A DNA stretch of 64,000 nt from an uncultured Acidobacteriota bacterium (GCA_963741955.1 CAVUKB010000005.1:1184001-1248000); one strand, 5' to 3'; counted from the stretch's first letter, positions 18,711 through 29,728 are shown. Numbers and translations are program-made. Notes: generated by a model from the sequence alone, not told the origin.

Positions 18711-21227
18711 ATGACGACAGACCCCACACTTCCCACCGAGCCGATGCCGAAGGAGCTCGCGGCAGACGATCTCTGCCGGGGATGCGATGACTCCTCCCTC
18801 GATTTCGACACGACGGACGAGCTGCAGGACGTTCCGGAGATCATCGGACAGAAGCGGGCGATCGACGCAGTCCGCTTCGGGATGGGGATGCGCGCGCGCG
18901 GCTACAACTTCTTCGCGCTCGGACCGCTCGGCACAGGGAAACACTCCGTCATCCAGCGTTTCCTCACCCAACAGGCTCCCAGCCAGCCCACCCCTCCCGA
19001 CATCTGCTACGTCGAGAATTTCGAAGATCCGATGCGACCGAAGCTCCTTCTCCTTCCGCCGGGCCGCGGGCGCCAGCTCCGCGCGGACATGGAACGATTC
19101 ACCGACGATCTCCGTTCGGCCATCCCGGCGGCGTTCGACTCCGATGAGTACCGGTCCCGGAAGACGGAGATCGAGAAAGAGGTCAAGAAACGAAACGAGG
19201 CGGCGGTCGAAGCAGTCAAGAAGGAGGCCACGGAGAACGGCTTCTCGACCGTGCCCACACCGAACGGAGTGATGTTCGTTCCGATCGCGGACGACGAGCC
19301 GCTCAGTCAGGAAAGGTTCCAGAAGCTGCCGGACGAGGAGCGGAGCCGGATCGAATCCGTGATGGCGGTTCTCCAGCAGCAGCTCTCCGAGATCACGCAA
19401 CAGGTCCCGCGGTGGGAAAAGGAAGCGCGGGAGAAGCTCCGCTCGCTGAACCGCGGCGTGGCGGACCTCGCGGTCGGACACCTGGTCGACGAGCTCCGCA
19501 CGAAACACCGGGAGGATCTCGACATCGTGCGCCACCTCGATGCAGTCCAGCAGGACGTGATCGAGAACGTCGACCAGATCATCGCCGCGCACGACGCGAA
19601 TCCGGTCCGCCCGGAGTTCGCGACTCAGGTTCAGCCACCGAAGACGCATCCGTTCGAGAAGCGCTACCAGATCAATCTACTCGTGGATCAAAGCGGTCAG
19701 CAGGGTGCTCCGGTGGTCTATGAAGACGATCCGTCCTATCCGAACCTGCTCGGGCAGATCGAATACCAGACCACTCTCGGGGCACTGGTGACCGACTTCA
19801 GCCTGATCCGCGCCGGAGCGCTTCACCGCGCGAACGGCGGCTATCTCATCCTCGACGCGATGAAGCTGCTCACGCAGTCGTATTCGTGGGAGGGGCTCAA
19901 ACGTGCACTCCGCGCATCACAGCTCCGCTTCGATTCGGTGGGGCGGATGATGGGCGTGATCAGCACCGTCTCTCTCGAGCCGGAAGCCACTCCGGTGAAT
20001 GTGAAGGTCATCCTCCTCGGCGACCGGAATCTCTACTACACCCTTTCTCAGGTCGATCCGGAATTCCACGAGCTGTTCAAAGTCGCCGTCGATTTCGAAG
20101 ACGACATGGAACGCACCGACGACAACGTGCGGCTCTACGCTCGCATGATCGCCACCATCGTCCGCCGCGAGCGGCTCCTTCCGTTCGACCGGAGCGGCGT
20201 GCAACGGGTGATCGAGCAGAGCGCCCGGATGGCCGCCGACTCCGAGAAACTCTCGACGCACCTCCGGACTCTGGTCGACCTGATCCGGGAAGCGGACTAC
20301 TGGGCGAAGACCCGCACCGACGCGCGCACGGTGACTTCGGCAGACGTCCAGACCGCGCTCGACGCACAGATCGAGCGGCTCGATCGCGTACGCGACCGGA
20401 TGCAGGAAGAGATCTGCAAGGGAACCATCCTGATCGACACGGATGGAGAGAAAGCCGGACAGATCAACGGACTCTCGGTGATTCAGATCGGGCAGCTCAC
20501 GTTCGGCCGCCCCACCCGAATCACTGCGACGGTCCGATTCGGCGAGGGCGAACTGGTGGACATCGAGCGCGAGGTCGCACTCGGCGGACCGCTGCACTCG
20601 AAAGGTGTGTACATCCTCTCCGGGTACCTCGGCGCGCACTACGCGCCCGAGCATCCGTTGTCACTCGCCGCGAGCCTGGTGTTCGAACAGTCGTACGGAC
20701 TGGTCGACGGCGACAGCGCGTCGCTCGCGGAGCTCGTCGCCCTCCTCACCGCAATCGCCGAGACGCCGGTGCGGCAGTCACTCGCCGTCACCGGTTCCGT
20801 CAATCAGCAGGGGTTCGTTCAGGCGATCGGTGGGGTGAACGACAAGATCGAAGGCTTCTTCGAGCTCTGCGCGGCACGCGGGCTCACCGGACAGCAGGGG
20901 GTGGTGATCCCTCACTCGAACGTGCGGCATCTGATGCTCGCCGGGAAAGTGGTCGACGCGGTGAAAGGTGGCAAGTTCCACGTCTGGTCGGTCCGAACCG
21001 TGAGCGAAGCGATCGAGATCCTGACCGGCCTGCCGGCCGGTGTGCGCGATGCTACGGGCCGCTATCCCGCCGGGTCGTTCAACGCGCGCGTCGAACAGCG
21101 ACTGATCGCGTTCTCCGAAAAACGGAGGCAGCTGGGAGTGACTCTGGTCCAGCCCAGCCCCGCAACCGCTCCATCGATCTCTCCCCAGGCGCCGGTCGCC
21201 GGAAGTGCGAAGCGGAGCTCGAGCTGA
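18711..21227 (+). CDS. Lon-like (LonB/LonC type) ATP-dependent protease
   Basis: IIGQ.RA, GPLGTGK, GALHRANGGYL, GQINGLSV, FEQSYG.VDGDSAS and IGGVNDKIEGFF. Confidence 0.92.
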   Translation: MTTDPTLPTEPMPKELAADDLCRGCDDSSLDFDTTDELQDVPEIIGQKRAIDAVRFGMGMRARGYNFFALGPLGTGKHSVIQRFLTQQAPSQPTPPDICYVENFEDPMRPKLLLLPPGRGRQLRADMERFTDDLRSAIPAAFDSDEYRSRKTEIEKEVKKRNEAAVEAVKKEATENGFSTVPTPNGVMFVPIADDEPLSQERFQKLPDEERSRIESVMAVLQQQLSEITQQVPRWEKEAREKLRSLNRGVADLAVGHLVDELRTKHREDLDIVRHLDAVQQDVIENVDQIIAAHDANPVRPEFATQVQPPKTHPFEKRYQINLLVDQSGQQGAPVVYEDDPSYPNLLGQIEYQTTLGALVTDFSLIRAGALHRANGGYLILDAMKLLTQSYSWEGLKRALRASQLRFDSVGRMMGVISTVSLEPEATPVNVKVILLGDRNLYYTLSQVDPEFHELFKVAVDFEDDMERTDDNVRLYARMIATIVRRERLLPFDRSGVQRVIEQSARMAADSEKLSTHLRTLVDLIREADYWAKTRTDARTVTSADVQTALDAQIERLDRVRDRMQEEICKGTILIDTDGEKAGQINGLSVIQIGQLTFGRPTRITATVRFGEGELVDIEREVALGGPLHSKGVYILSGYLGAHYAPEHPLSLAASLVFEQSYGLVDGDSASLAELVALLTAIAETPVRQSLAVTGSVNQQGFVQAIGGVNDKIEGFFELCAARGLTGQQGVVIPHSNVRHLMLAGKVVDAVKGGKFHVWSVRTVSEAIEILTGLPAGVRDATGRYPAGSFNARVEQRLIAFSEKRRQLGVTLVQPSPATAPSISPQAPVAGSAKRSSS

Positions 21228-21231
21228 CGAT

Positions 21232-21711
21232 TCAGCTTTCCGTCGCGCGAGGGAGACGCCCGCGCCAGCCGAGGATCCATCGCATGCAGCGATGGCCGAG
21301 ATCGACCGGCGCGGCGTACATCATCGGACAGCCGCCGACGATCGGCTCGATCCCGAGACGCTCGCATTCGCGGATCGCTTCCTCCGAGACGCTCCCATCT
21401 CCGAAGGAGCGGTGAAACCAGACCCGCTTCACTCCTTTGTCCCCACACTGGCGGACGAGCTCCGGTGAGACCGCGGGGTGCGTCGCGATCACCACGCCGT
21501 CGATCTCTCCGGGAATCGAAGCGAGGTCCGGATAACACCTCGTTCCTTCGAGCTCGGAAGCGTTCGGATTGATCGGAATCACCTCGCGACCGCCGTCGCG
21601 CAGTTTTCGGAGGATCAGATTCGCGGGAAGCTGTCCGTCGCGTGCGACTCCGGCGACGGCGATGCGCCGCCCGTCGAGGAATTCCGAGATCGGTCGAGGG
21701 ATGGTGGACAT
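21232..21711 (-). CDS. CoA-binding protein
   Basis: IAVAGV, PINP, CYPDL..IP..IDGV and GGCPMM motifs. Confidence 0.85.
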   Translation of the reverse strand: MSTIPRPISEFLDGRRIAVAGVARDGQLPANLILRKLRDGGREVIPINPNASELEGTRCYPDLASIPGEIDGVVIATHPAVSPELVRQCGDKGVKRVWFHRSFGDGSVSEEAIRECERLGIEPIVGGCPMMYAAPVDLGHRCMRWILGWRGRLPRATES

Positions 21712-21862
21712 GGAGGGCCTCCTGGTCGGGTCGTGAGCGCAGCGGAAGGATGGAGGGATTCTCCGGCGAAAATCCGCCGCATTCCGCTGACCGACACTCT
21801 CATCTTATGACTCCCGTGGAAAGCCGCAACTCCCCTCCGGGCGGTCGCCCTATAATCGTTCC

Positions 21863-22423
21863 ATGCCCTCCATCAAAGGATTCGCGGTCCGCGGACTCCT
21901 GCGCTACCTGAAAGCCACTCGACCGGAAGCGAAGGAACGGGTCATCACGGCGCTTCCCGAACCATCCCGTCTCGCCTTCGATCGTCCCATCGTCCTCTCC
22001 GACTGGTACGACTACCGCGTCTTCGCGGATCTTCTGCGCGAGATCGATCGCGAGATCGGCAACGGGGATCTCCGGCTCTGCCGGGATGTCGGCGACTTCG
22101 CGGCACGTCAGGACATCACCGGGATCTTCAAAATGATGCTGGGGATTCTCAATCCGGACACGCTGCTCAAGCGGAGCACCATTTTCTGGTCGAAGTATTC
22201 CGACACCGGATCGTTCCACCACGTTCCTTCCGGGGAATACCGCTATGCGGTGCGCCTGGAAGACTTCCCCGATATGGACGAGGCACACTGCTGGCTGATG
22301 ATCGGCTGGATGACCCGCCTCGGGCTGATCAGCCGCGCCAGGACCGTGGACATGCGGCATACCGAATGCGTCAGTCACGGCGGGAAGTTCTGCCAGTGGG
22401 AAGGCTCGTGGACGGAGGGATGA
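21863..22423 (+). CDS. Hypothetical protein, DUF2378/V4R-like
   Basis: IKG..V, WY and a C-terminal C...G...C.W...W pattern. Confidence 0.6.
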   Translation: MPSIKGFAVRGLLRYLKATRPEAKERVITALPEPSRLAFDRPIVLSDWYDYRVFADLLREIDREIGNGDLRLCRDVGDFAARQDITGIFKMMLGILNPDTLLKRSTIFWSKYSDTGSFHHVPSGEYRYAVRLEDFPDMDEAHCWLMIGWMTRLGLISRARTVDMRHTECVSHGGKFCQWEGSWTEG

Positions 22424-22464
22424 GAAGTCGCTCCGAAGAAAGTGCGCGAATTGCCTGTCATTAC

Positions 22465-22538
22465 AGAATATTATTCTGCATCCGTTGTGCTTTTAAGAAT
22501 AATATTCGTCTCTATCCGGCTTCTTGAGAATAATCTCC
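22465..22538. promoter_or_regulatory. Three phased AGAATA(A/T)TATTC-like boxes, 31-bp period
   Basis: Boxes start at 22465, 22496 and 22527; the same motif occurs at 49841 and 49903. Confidence 0.55.
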
Positions 22539-22738
22539 ATCGCAACAATCACCTCATCACCCGCTTCAGGAGCGCCTGCGCCGTCTGACGCTCCTCTTCG
22601 GCGGCAGTGGTCCGGCCGAATGCGGGCTAGGAGTCTGCGCGATAGGGAGGAGCTCCGGCCATTCCGGCGGTGCGAACCATTTCCCCGCGACGTTCTGATC
22701 CTCGACCCGCTCTCGCTTTTCGGGCAGAATGCCGCCGC

Positions 22739-23011
22739 ATGTCACACGCATGGATTACGACGATTGGTCTCGCGGCGGGAATCTTCACCACCGCCAGCTG
22801 GGTCCCTCAGGTGTTCCGAAGCTGCCGGCGCCGCACGGCGCGCGATCTCTCCTGGGGTTACCTCCTGATGTTCGCTCTCGGCGTTTCTCTCTGGGAAGCG
22901 TATGGGATTCTGCAGCACGACATCGCGATCATCGTGGCGAACGCGCTGACGGTCGTGCTGGTCGCGATCGTCGGAGGGGTGAAAGCGCTCGAGAAGCCCG
23001 AGGAGCTGTAA
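22739..23011 (+). CDS. SemiSWEET / PQ-loop transporter
   Basis: IGLAAG..TT.SWVPQ..RS....ARDLS..., LW..YG, IIVAN. Confidence 0.88.
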   Translation: MSHAWITTIGLAAGIFTTASWVPQVFRSCRRRTARDLSWGYLLMFALGVSLWEAYGILQHDIAIIVANALTVVLVAIVGGVKALEKPEEL

Positions 23012-23340
23012 TCCTCGGCCTGTGAAAGCGGTGTTCTCGAGCGGGAAAGGGCCGCGCGGGGATTCGTAATCCGCCGCGCGGATTACGGCGCATGCGCGAC
23101 AGCAGCATCATCCGCAGTTTCGACAGAAGCGGCGCTGAGTGACTGAATCAGTGACGCTCCGCGGAAGCCGCAGACTTCGTCTTCATCGCGCGGCACACGA
23201 TCTTCGCGGCGGACTGCGAGTCCGCACCTCGGCGAGAAGCACGATCCCACCGAGGAGTGCGGACGTACTCAAAACTCACAACCTACTTCGTCCGCTTGTC
23301 GATCCGCGCCAGCACTGTGTCGTGCCGCAACCCGCAACCC

Positions 23341-23748
23341 TCACCCTCCTCCGGCGCCGAGGAAAAACGAGACGATCAGGAGGGTGAGCACGGTCGCGGT
23401 GATGGCGACGTAGAGAAGATCCTTCTCGATGAGGAAGACGACGATCGAAACCGCGACGCGCATCACCGGAGTCGCGATCAGCAGGAGGATTCCCAGCATC
23501 ACGATCGCCTGGCCACGCATTTCGCCCACCCCACGAATCACCATGGAGATGCTGTTGGTGTAATTCAGCCGCGAGTCGATCAGTCTTCCGAGATCGGGCC
23601 GTGACGAGAAGTAGTCGGGGTGATGAACAAATGTAAACGTGACCCCCACGAGGACCACGGCGATGCTGGTCAGCACTCCGACCCGGAGGAGATTGCTGAT
23701 CACGCCCTCCACCCACTGCGGCTCGGTGTCGTCGTCGCGCCGCGTCAT
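23341..23748 (-). CDS. DUF1634 membrane protein
   Basis: LLRVGV, GILLLIATPVMRV; overlaps the TauE stop, a typical pairing. Confidence 0.85.
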   Translation of the reverse strand: MTRRDDDTEPQWVEGVISNLLRVGVLTSIAVVLVGVTFTFVHHPDYFSSRPDLGRLIDSRLNYTNSISMVIRGVGEMRGQAIVMLGILLLIATPVMRVAVSIVVFLIEKDLLYVAITATVLTLLIVSFFLGAGGG

Positions 23749-24581
23749 CGGATCCCTCTCAGAATCATCTCCACCGAGATCAGAATCAGGACCACCACGA
23801 ACAGCATCCGGATCGCCTTGCTGTCGATCCTCCCGAGAGTGTGCGAACCGGCGAAGGCGCCGGCCAGGACGCCGACCGCGACGGGAGCGGCGATGAACGG
23901 GTCGATCTGGCCGCGGGTGAAGTAGAGTCCCGCACTCGCGGCGGCGGTCACTCCGATCATGAAATTGCTGGTCGCCGTGGAAACCTTGATCGGAAGTCCC
24001 ATCGCCAGATCCATCGCCGGAACCTTGAGCGCTCCAGAACCGATCCCGAGGAGCCCACTGACGATCCCCGCGACGTACATCAGCCCGAGCCCGATTCCCG
24101 GACGCTTCGCGACGTAGTCGACCGACGTTCCTCTCGCCGCATCCTCGAACGTACCGGAGAGCTTGAGGAGACGGTCGATTCGCCTGGACGGAACGACGGT
24201 GCTCTCCTCCACATGGCGGCGTCGCAGCATCACCACCGCCGAATACGCGAGCACCACTCCGAAGATCAGGAAAAGCCAGCGGGGCGAGAGAATCCCCGCC
24301 AGATACGCGCCGGTGATCGCACCGCTGGTCGTTCCGAGCTCGAGGAACATTCCGATCCGGAGATTCGCGAGGCGGTCTCTCACGTACGCCGCGGCCGCGC
24401 CGCTCGAAGTCGCGATGACGGACACGATCGACGCCCCGATGGCGAGGCGGATGTCGACGTGCAGGAGGAGCGTCAGAGCCGGGATGACGATGATTCCTCC
24501 ACCGAGCCCGAGGAGTGAGCCGAAAAATCCCGCCACGATGGAGGTGGCGAAGACGGCGAGCACGAACAGAAGAGGTGTCAT
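23745..24581 (-). CDS. Sulfite exporter TauE/SafE family protein
   Basis: GSLLGLGGG, SVIATSSGAA and SGLLGIGSGALKVPAMD..TATSNFMIGVTA. Confidence 0.92.
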   Translation of the reverse strand: MTPLLFVLAVFATSIVAGFFGSLLGLGGGIIVIPALTLLLHVDIRLAIGASIVSVIATSSGAAAAYVRDRLANLRIGMFLELGTTSGAITGAYLAGILSPRWLFLIFGVVLAYSAVVMLRRRHVEESTVVPSRRIDRLLKLSGTFEDAARGTSVDYVAKRPGIGLGLMYVAGIVSGLLGIGSGALKVPAMDLAMGLPIKVSTATSNFMIGVTAAASAGLYFTRGQIDPFIAAPVAVGVLAGAFAGSHTLGRIDSKAIRMLFVVVLILISVEMILRGIR

Positions 24582-24633
24582 CCGGCGCGAGAGTGTACCG
24601 CACGAGGTCCGTGCGAGACGACGTCGTCGCGCC

Positions 24634-25602
24634 TCACTCCGGCTGTGCCCCGCCGAGCGAGGTGCGCGCGAGGGTCTCGTCGAGCTTCTCTCCCCCGATG
24701 ATCCCGAAATCGAGAGTGCGGATGGGGAACGGAATGGTGATGTCGTTCAGGTGGTACGCCTTCCGGATCCGCATCACCGCGTCGCTGCGCGCGCCGAGAT
24801 AGTCCACCTGCTTGGTCGTGTCGATCCAGAAGCGGACCACGAAGTTGATCGAGCTGTCGCCGAATTCGTCGAAGAAGAGATCGACCGGGCGTTCCGCATT
24901 CCGTCCTTCCACCTCGGAGACCGCTTCGACGGTGATCCGGCGGACCTTCTCGAGATCGCTGCCGTACGAGACGCCGACCGGGAGATCGATCCGCCGCTCT
25001 CCCGATTCGGTGTAGTTGGTCAGCACTCCTTCGATCACCTTCTGGTTCGGAACCCGGACGATCTCGCCGGTGAGCTTGCGGATGATCGTGACCCGGAGGT
25101 TCATGTCGTAGACCACTCCGAGTACGTCATTGGTCTCGACGAGATCGCCGGTGCGGTAAGGACGGCGGAACGCGAGGATCACGCCGGCCATGAAATTCGA
25201 GGCGATGTTCTGAAACGCGAAGCCGAGTGCGAGCCCGGCGATGCCGACGCCGGCGAGTAGCGAGGTGACGGTCTTGTCCAGCCCGAGGATTCCGAGACCG
25301 ATGAAGATGCCGGCGATGTTGATCGAGAATCCGACCGCGCCGACGAGTATCCGGCGGATCGGGTCGGGCATGGAGGTCCGGTTGAGCGCACGATCCGTTC
25401 CCGAGCGCATCAGGCGCGCGATGGTCCAGAAGATCAGCGCGACCACGACGGCGAGGATCAGGTTCGGCAGTGCGGCGATCGCCGAGCGGCCCCAGGTGTC
25501 GAGCTTGTCGATGATCAGTTCGACGCCGGCCTTGGCCCGGGTGGTGACGGGGGCATTCGCAGCTCCCGCGAGGAGCGCGAGTCCGGCGATCGCGTTCGTC
25601 AT
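24634..25602 (-). CDS. mscS: Small-conductance mechanosensitive channel
   Basis: LLAGVGIAGLALGFAFQNIASNF.AG, PY..GD, VPN and FGDSSINF. Confidence 0.92.
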   Translation of the reverse strand: MTNAIAGLALLAGAANAPVTTRAKAGVELIIDKLDTWGRSAIAALPNLILAVVVALIFWTIARLMRSGTDRALNRTSMPDPIRRILVGAVGFSINIAGIFIGLGILGLDKTVTSLLAGVGIAGLALGFAFQNIASNFMAGVILAFRRPYRTGDLVETNDVLGVVYDMNLRVTIIRKLTGEIVRVPNQKVIEGVLTNYTESGERRIDLPVGVSYGSDLEKVRRITVEAVSEVEGRNAERPVDLFFDEFGDSSINFVVRFWIDTTKQVDYLGARSDAVMRIRKAYHLNDITIPFPIRTLDFGIIGGEKLDETLARTSLGGAQPE

Positions 25603-25692
25603 CGGTTCATTATTTCAGATTACGGCGACCTCCCAAAACGGAGAGGTCGATTCTCGCGGCGCAGCGTGGTCCGGACGTCGAGTCCCGCTGCC

Positions 25693-27350
25693 GAGTGGGT
25701 TGGACGTCCCGCCCGATGCCCAAGTGGGTTGGACGTCCCGCCCGATGCCCAGTGGGTTGGACGTCTCGTCCGATGCCCAAGTGGGTTGGACGTCCCGTCC
25801 GATGCCCAGTGGGTTGGACGTCTCGTCCGATGCCCAGTGGGTTGGACGTCTCGTCCGATGCAGGGCGGCGTCCCGCGCCGCCCTGTCCCGCGCGAGTTAC
25901 AACGATCGTCGCGAGCAGAGAGACACGAACGCACCACAGCGCGAGAGGGACGATTCGCGTTTCGTTGCCGCCATCGCTCCCCGGCAGGATGCCGGGGAGC
26001 ATCGCGCCCGGAGGCGCGACCCACTTGGGTGGGTTGGACGTCCCGCCCGATGCAGGGCGGCATAGTGGGTTGGGCGTCCCGCCCGATGCAGGGCGGCCCA
26101 GTGGGTTGGGCGTCCCGCCCGATGCAGGGCGGCGTCCCGCGCCGCACTGTCCCGCGCGAGATACAACGATCGTCGCGAGCAGAGAGACACGAACGCACCA
26201 CAGTGCGAGAGGAACGATTCCCGTGTCGTTGTCGCCATCGCTCCCCGGCAGGATGCCGGGGAGCCTCGCGCCCGGAGGCGCGACCCACTTGGGTGGGTTG
26301 GGCGTCCCGCCCGATGCAGGGTGGCCCAGTGGGTTGGGCGTCCCGCCCGATGCAGGGCGGCGTCCCGCGCCGCCCTGTCCCGCGCGAGTTACGACGATTT
26401 CCCCGAGTAGAGAGACGAACTGATCGCCGCGCGAGAGGAACGACTCGCGTTTCGTTGCCGCCATCGCTCCCCGGCAGGATGCCGGGGAGCCTCGCGCGGG
26501 ACGCGCGACCCACTTGGGCGGGTTGGGCGTCCCGCCCGATGCAGGGCGGCCCAGTGGGTTGGGCGTCCCGTCCGATGCAGGGCGGCGTCCCGCGCCGCAC
26601 TGTCCCGCGCGAGTTACAACGATCGTCGCGAGCAGAGAGACACGAACGCACCACAGCGCGAGAGGAACGATTCGCGCCTCGTTGTCGCCATCGCTCCCCG
26701 GCAGGATGCCGGGGAGCCTCGGGCGGGACGCGCGACCCACTTGGGCGGGTTGGACGTCCCGTCCGATGCAGGGCGGCCCAGTGGGTTGGGCGTCCCGCCC
26801 GATGCCCAGTGGGTTGGACGTCTCGTCCGATGCAGGGCGGCGTCCCGCGCCGCCCTGTCCCGCGCGAGATACGACGATTTCCACGAGTAGAGAGACGAAC
26901 TGATCGCCGCGCGAGAGGAACGATTCGCGTTTCGTTGCCGCCATCGCTCCCCGGCAGGATGCCGGGGAGCCTCGCGCGGGACGCGCGACCCACTTGAGCG
27001 GGTTGGACGTCCCGTCCGATGCAGGGCGGCCCAGTGGGTTGGGCGTCCCGCCCGATGCCCAGTGGGTTGGACGTCTCGTCCGATGCAGGGCGGCGTCCCG
27101 CGCCGCACTGTCCCGCGCGAGATACGACGATTTCCCCGAGTAGAGAGACGAACTGATCGCCGCGCGAGAGGAACGATTCGCGCCTCGTTGCCGCCATCGC
27201 TCCCCGGCAGGATGCCGGGGAGCATCGCGCCCGGAGGCGCGACCCACAAGGCGCGACGCACTTGGCGCGACCCACTTGGCGCGACCCATTCGAGCCACGG
27301 GCGGCGTCCCGCGCCGCCCTGCTCCGGGCGAGTTACGACGATCCCCCGGT
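25693..27350. repeat. REPIN-like array 1 (6 full units plus REP multimers and stubs)
   Basis: Repeated GTGGGTTGG(G/A)CGTCCCGCCCGATGCAGGGCGGCGTCCCGCGCCGC-spacer-CGCTCCCCGGCAGGATGCCGGGGAGC..GCGACCCAC. Confidence 0.92.
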
Positions 27351-27369
27351 GGACCGGGAGAAGCGTCGA

Positions 27370-28941
27370 TCACTTCGGCGGCAGCGGCTTCCGCGGTAGC
27401 ATCTCCACACGGTTCGCTGCTTCCCAGGCGAACGTGGCGATCACCACGGAAGCCTGCATCAGATCGTCGCGCTGGAGGCGGTCATAGACGTCGTAGTTCG
27501 TGTGATGGGTCCGGGTGTCGTACTCGATCTCGTCCTGGATGAACTGGAAGGCCGGGATTCCCGCGGCGTCGAACGACTGGTGATCGGTTCCGCCGGTGTT
27601 GCGGGTGGTGACGGTCGTCGCGCCGAGATCCGAGAGCGGCTGGAGCCAGGCGCGGAAGATCGGCGCTACGGCGAGGTTCTCCTGGGTGTAGATCCCGCGG
27701 ATTTTCCCGGTGCCGTTGTCGAGATTGAAGTACGCCGCGACGCGTCGCTGCTCCGGCTTGAGAGTCGGACGGACATTGCCGCGACGCCAGAACGCGGTAT
27801 CGCGATCACCTTCCTTCGGCTCGGGCCAGGTGGCGTAGTGCTGCTCGACGTAGCCTCGCGAGCCGAGGAGTCCCTGTTCTTCTCCCGACCAGAGCGCGAC
27901 CCGGATGGTCCGCTTCGGTCGCGCGTCGATCGCCTTCAGGATCCTCGCCGCCTCCATCACCGCCGCCACGCCTGCGGCGTTGTCGGTCGCTCCCGTTCCG
28001 GCGTGCCACGAATCGATGTGTCCACCGATGATCACCACCTCGCCGTTCTTGTCGGTGCCGGGGATCTCGGCGATGACGTTGTACTGCTGATCCTGATCGT
28101 CGAGGAATCGGCTCCGCACGTCGAGCTCGAGCTCGACCGGAGTGCCGTCGGCGACGAGCCGGGTGATGCGATCGTACTGCTCGGTGGAGAGGACGAGCAT
28201 CGGCGCGCCGATCGGTTCGTCCTTCTTCTGAGAGCCGCCGGCAGCCACGACGAAGAGGCCCCCATCACCACTCCCCGGTTCGATCACCGCGAGCGGCTTC
28301 TCCTCCGCGAAAAACTCGTTGAGCTTCTTCCGGAACTCGCGCCGCTTCATGTACTCCGAGATGCGCGCGGAATCACGCTCGCCGGGAACGCGGTATTGGG
28401 TGATCGACTCGAGCTCCTGCGCGTCGTAGCGGTGCGACTCGGCTGCCTCGTGCGGCTTGACTTCGTGAGCGTCGCCGAGAAAGACGATCTTCCCGGTGAG
28501 CTTTCCCTTCTGCTGCTGCAGATCGCTCTCGTTCTCGAGCCGGACGTTGACCACCGGCCCGCGAACCAGACCGTTCGTGCCGGGCGTCCATGCCTTCGGG
28601 ATCGCGACGAGCTGCGCCTCTTCGGGAGCCACCATCCGCACGAAAGCGGAATCGTTCTCCCATCCTCGTCCGAACGGACCCCACGCTTCGACGTGGGCGT
28701 TGACCAGGCCCCAGTTTTCGAGCTGCTTGCGGCTCCACTCCTCGGATTCCTTCAGCGAAGTGGATCCGGTGAGTCGCCCGCCGAAGCGGTCGGTGAGAAC
28801 GTGAGCGGTCTTCATCACCTGAGAATTGCGGAAGCCTTCCTGCCGGATACGAGCGATCACGTCGAGATCGACGGCTTCGGCGGCGAAGATCGTGGTTGCG
28901 GTGAGGGCGAGGACGACAGAGAGCCGCAGGGCTCGAAACAT
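27370..28941 (-). CDS. Secreted M28 family peptidase (carboxypeptidase Q-like)
   Basis: Signal peptide; GGHIDSW..GTGATDNAAG, WSGEEQGLLGS, GTDH and HHTN.D. Confidence 0.93.
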   Translation of the reverse strand: MFRALRLSVVLALTATTIFAAEAVDLDVIARIRQEGFRNSQVMKTAHVLTDRFGGRLTGSTSLKESEEWSRKQLENWGLVNAHVEAWGPFGRGWENDSAFVRMVAPEEAQLVAIPKAWTPGTNGLVRGPVVNVRLENESDLQQQKGKLTGKIVFLGDAHEVKPHEAAESHRYDAQELESITQYRVPGERDSARISEYMKRREFRKKLNEFFAEEKPLAVIEPGSGDGGLFVVAAGGSQKKDEPIGAPMLVLSTEQYDRITRLVADGTPVELELDVRSRFLDDQDQQYNVIAEIPGTDKNGEVVIIGGHIDSWHAGTGATDNAAGVAAVMEAARILKAIDARPKRTIRVALWSGEEQGLLGSRGYVEQHYATWPEPKEGDRDTAFWRRGNVRPTLKPEQRRVAAYFNLDNGTGKIRGIYTQENLAVAPIFRAWLQPLSDLGATTVTTRNTGGTDHQSFDAAGIPAFQFIQDEIEYDTRTHHTNYDVYDRLQRDDLMQASVVIATFAWEAANRVEMLPRKPLPPK

Positions 28942-29029
28942 ATTCACCTCCGGGCAGGACGAGCGTCCGGCCGATATCCGGGTGATCCCCGGAAAGGGAG
29001 AGAATACACGAGCTCGCCGAATTTGTGCT

Positions 29030-29431
29030 TCAGGCGGCCTGGCCGGAATCGTGGAGCGAGATCTCGAACTCGGGCGGCTCCAGGATGTGGCGCTTGACCG
29101 CGCACTGGTCCACGGCGCGAAGGATCGCGCTGCGGTACTTCTCGGGAAAGCCCTCCGGGAGCTGGAGGTCGATCCGGAGCGTGGCGACGCGCTTCCGTTC
29201 CGGATCCCGCAGCGGTTCGACGCTCAGGCGGAGGCCCTCGATCGGGATCTCGCGCTGGAGACAGAACTGGACAGCGTAGTAGCCCATGCAGGTACCGATC
29301 GACGCAAGGAAGAGGTCGAACGGCGCCATGGCGGAGTCGGCACCTCCGGCGACGGCCGGCTGATCGGTGCGGACGGTGTGGTTGCGGTGGTGGGCTTCGA
29401 CGGCGACGCCGCCGGGGAACGTGATCTCCAT
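29030..29431 (-). CDS. OsmC family protein
   Basis: TDQP...GG...APFDLFLASIGTC and QCAVKRHI. Confidence 0.9.
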   Translation of the reverse strand: MEITFPGGVAVEAHHRNHTVRTDQPAVAGGADSAMAPFDLFLASIGTCMGYYAVQFCLQREIPIEGLRLSVEPLRDPERKRVATLRIDLQLPEGFPEKYRSAILRAVDQCAVKRHILEPPEFEISLHDSGQAA

Positions 29432-29503
29432 GATTTGCGACTACCTCCTGCGCGTAATACTACTACATCGGAATGTAGTCATGTATTCCGCGGAGCTGGG
29501 GGA

Positions 29504-29728
29504 TCGCTCCCCGGCAGGATGCCGGGGAGCCTCGCGCGGGACGCGCGACCCACTTGGCGCGACCCACAAGGCGGCTCTGTGGGTTGGATGCCCCGTCCGA
29601 TGCAGGGCGGCCCAGTGGGTTGGGCGTCCCGCCCGATGCAGGGCGGCGTCCCGCGCCGCACTGTCCCGGTGCAAGTTACAACGATCCTCCCGAGAATCGA
29701 GACACGAACGCGCCGCAGCGCGACCCAC
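29504..29728. repeat. REP/REPIN copies immediately downstream of the RAYT gene
   Basis: Same REP motifs; on the minus strand GTGGGTCGCG begins right after the RAYT TGA. Confidence 0.9.

Noticed and set aside
25610-27373. Long ORFs across the REPIN arrays (also at 30352-31361 and 34057-35953)
   Set aside because: These are stop-poor translations of GC-rich repeats in all frames, with no protein-like features.
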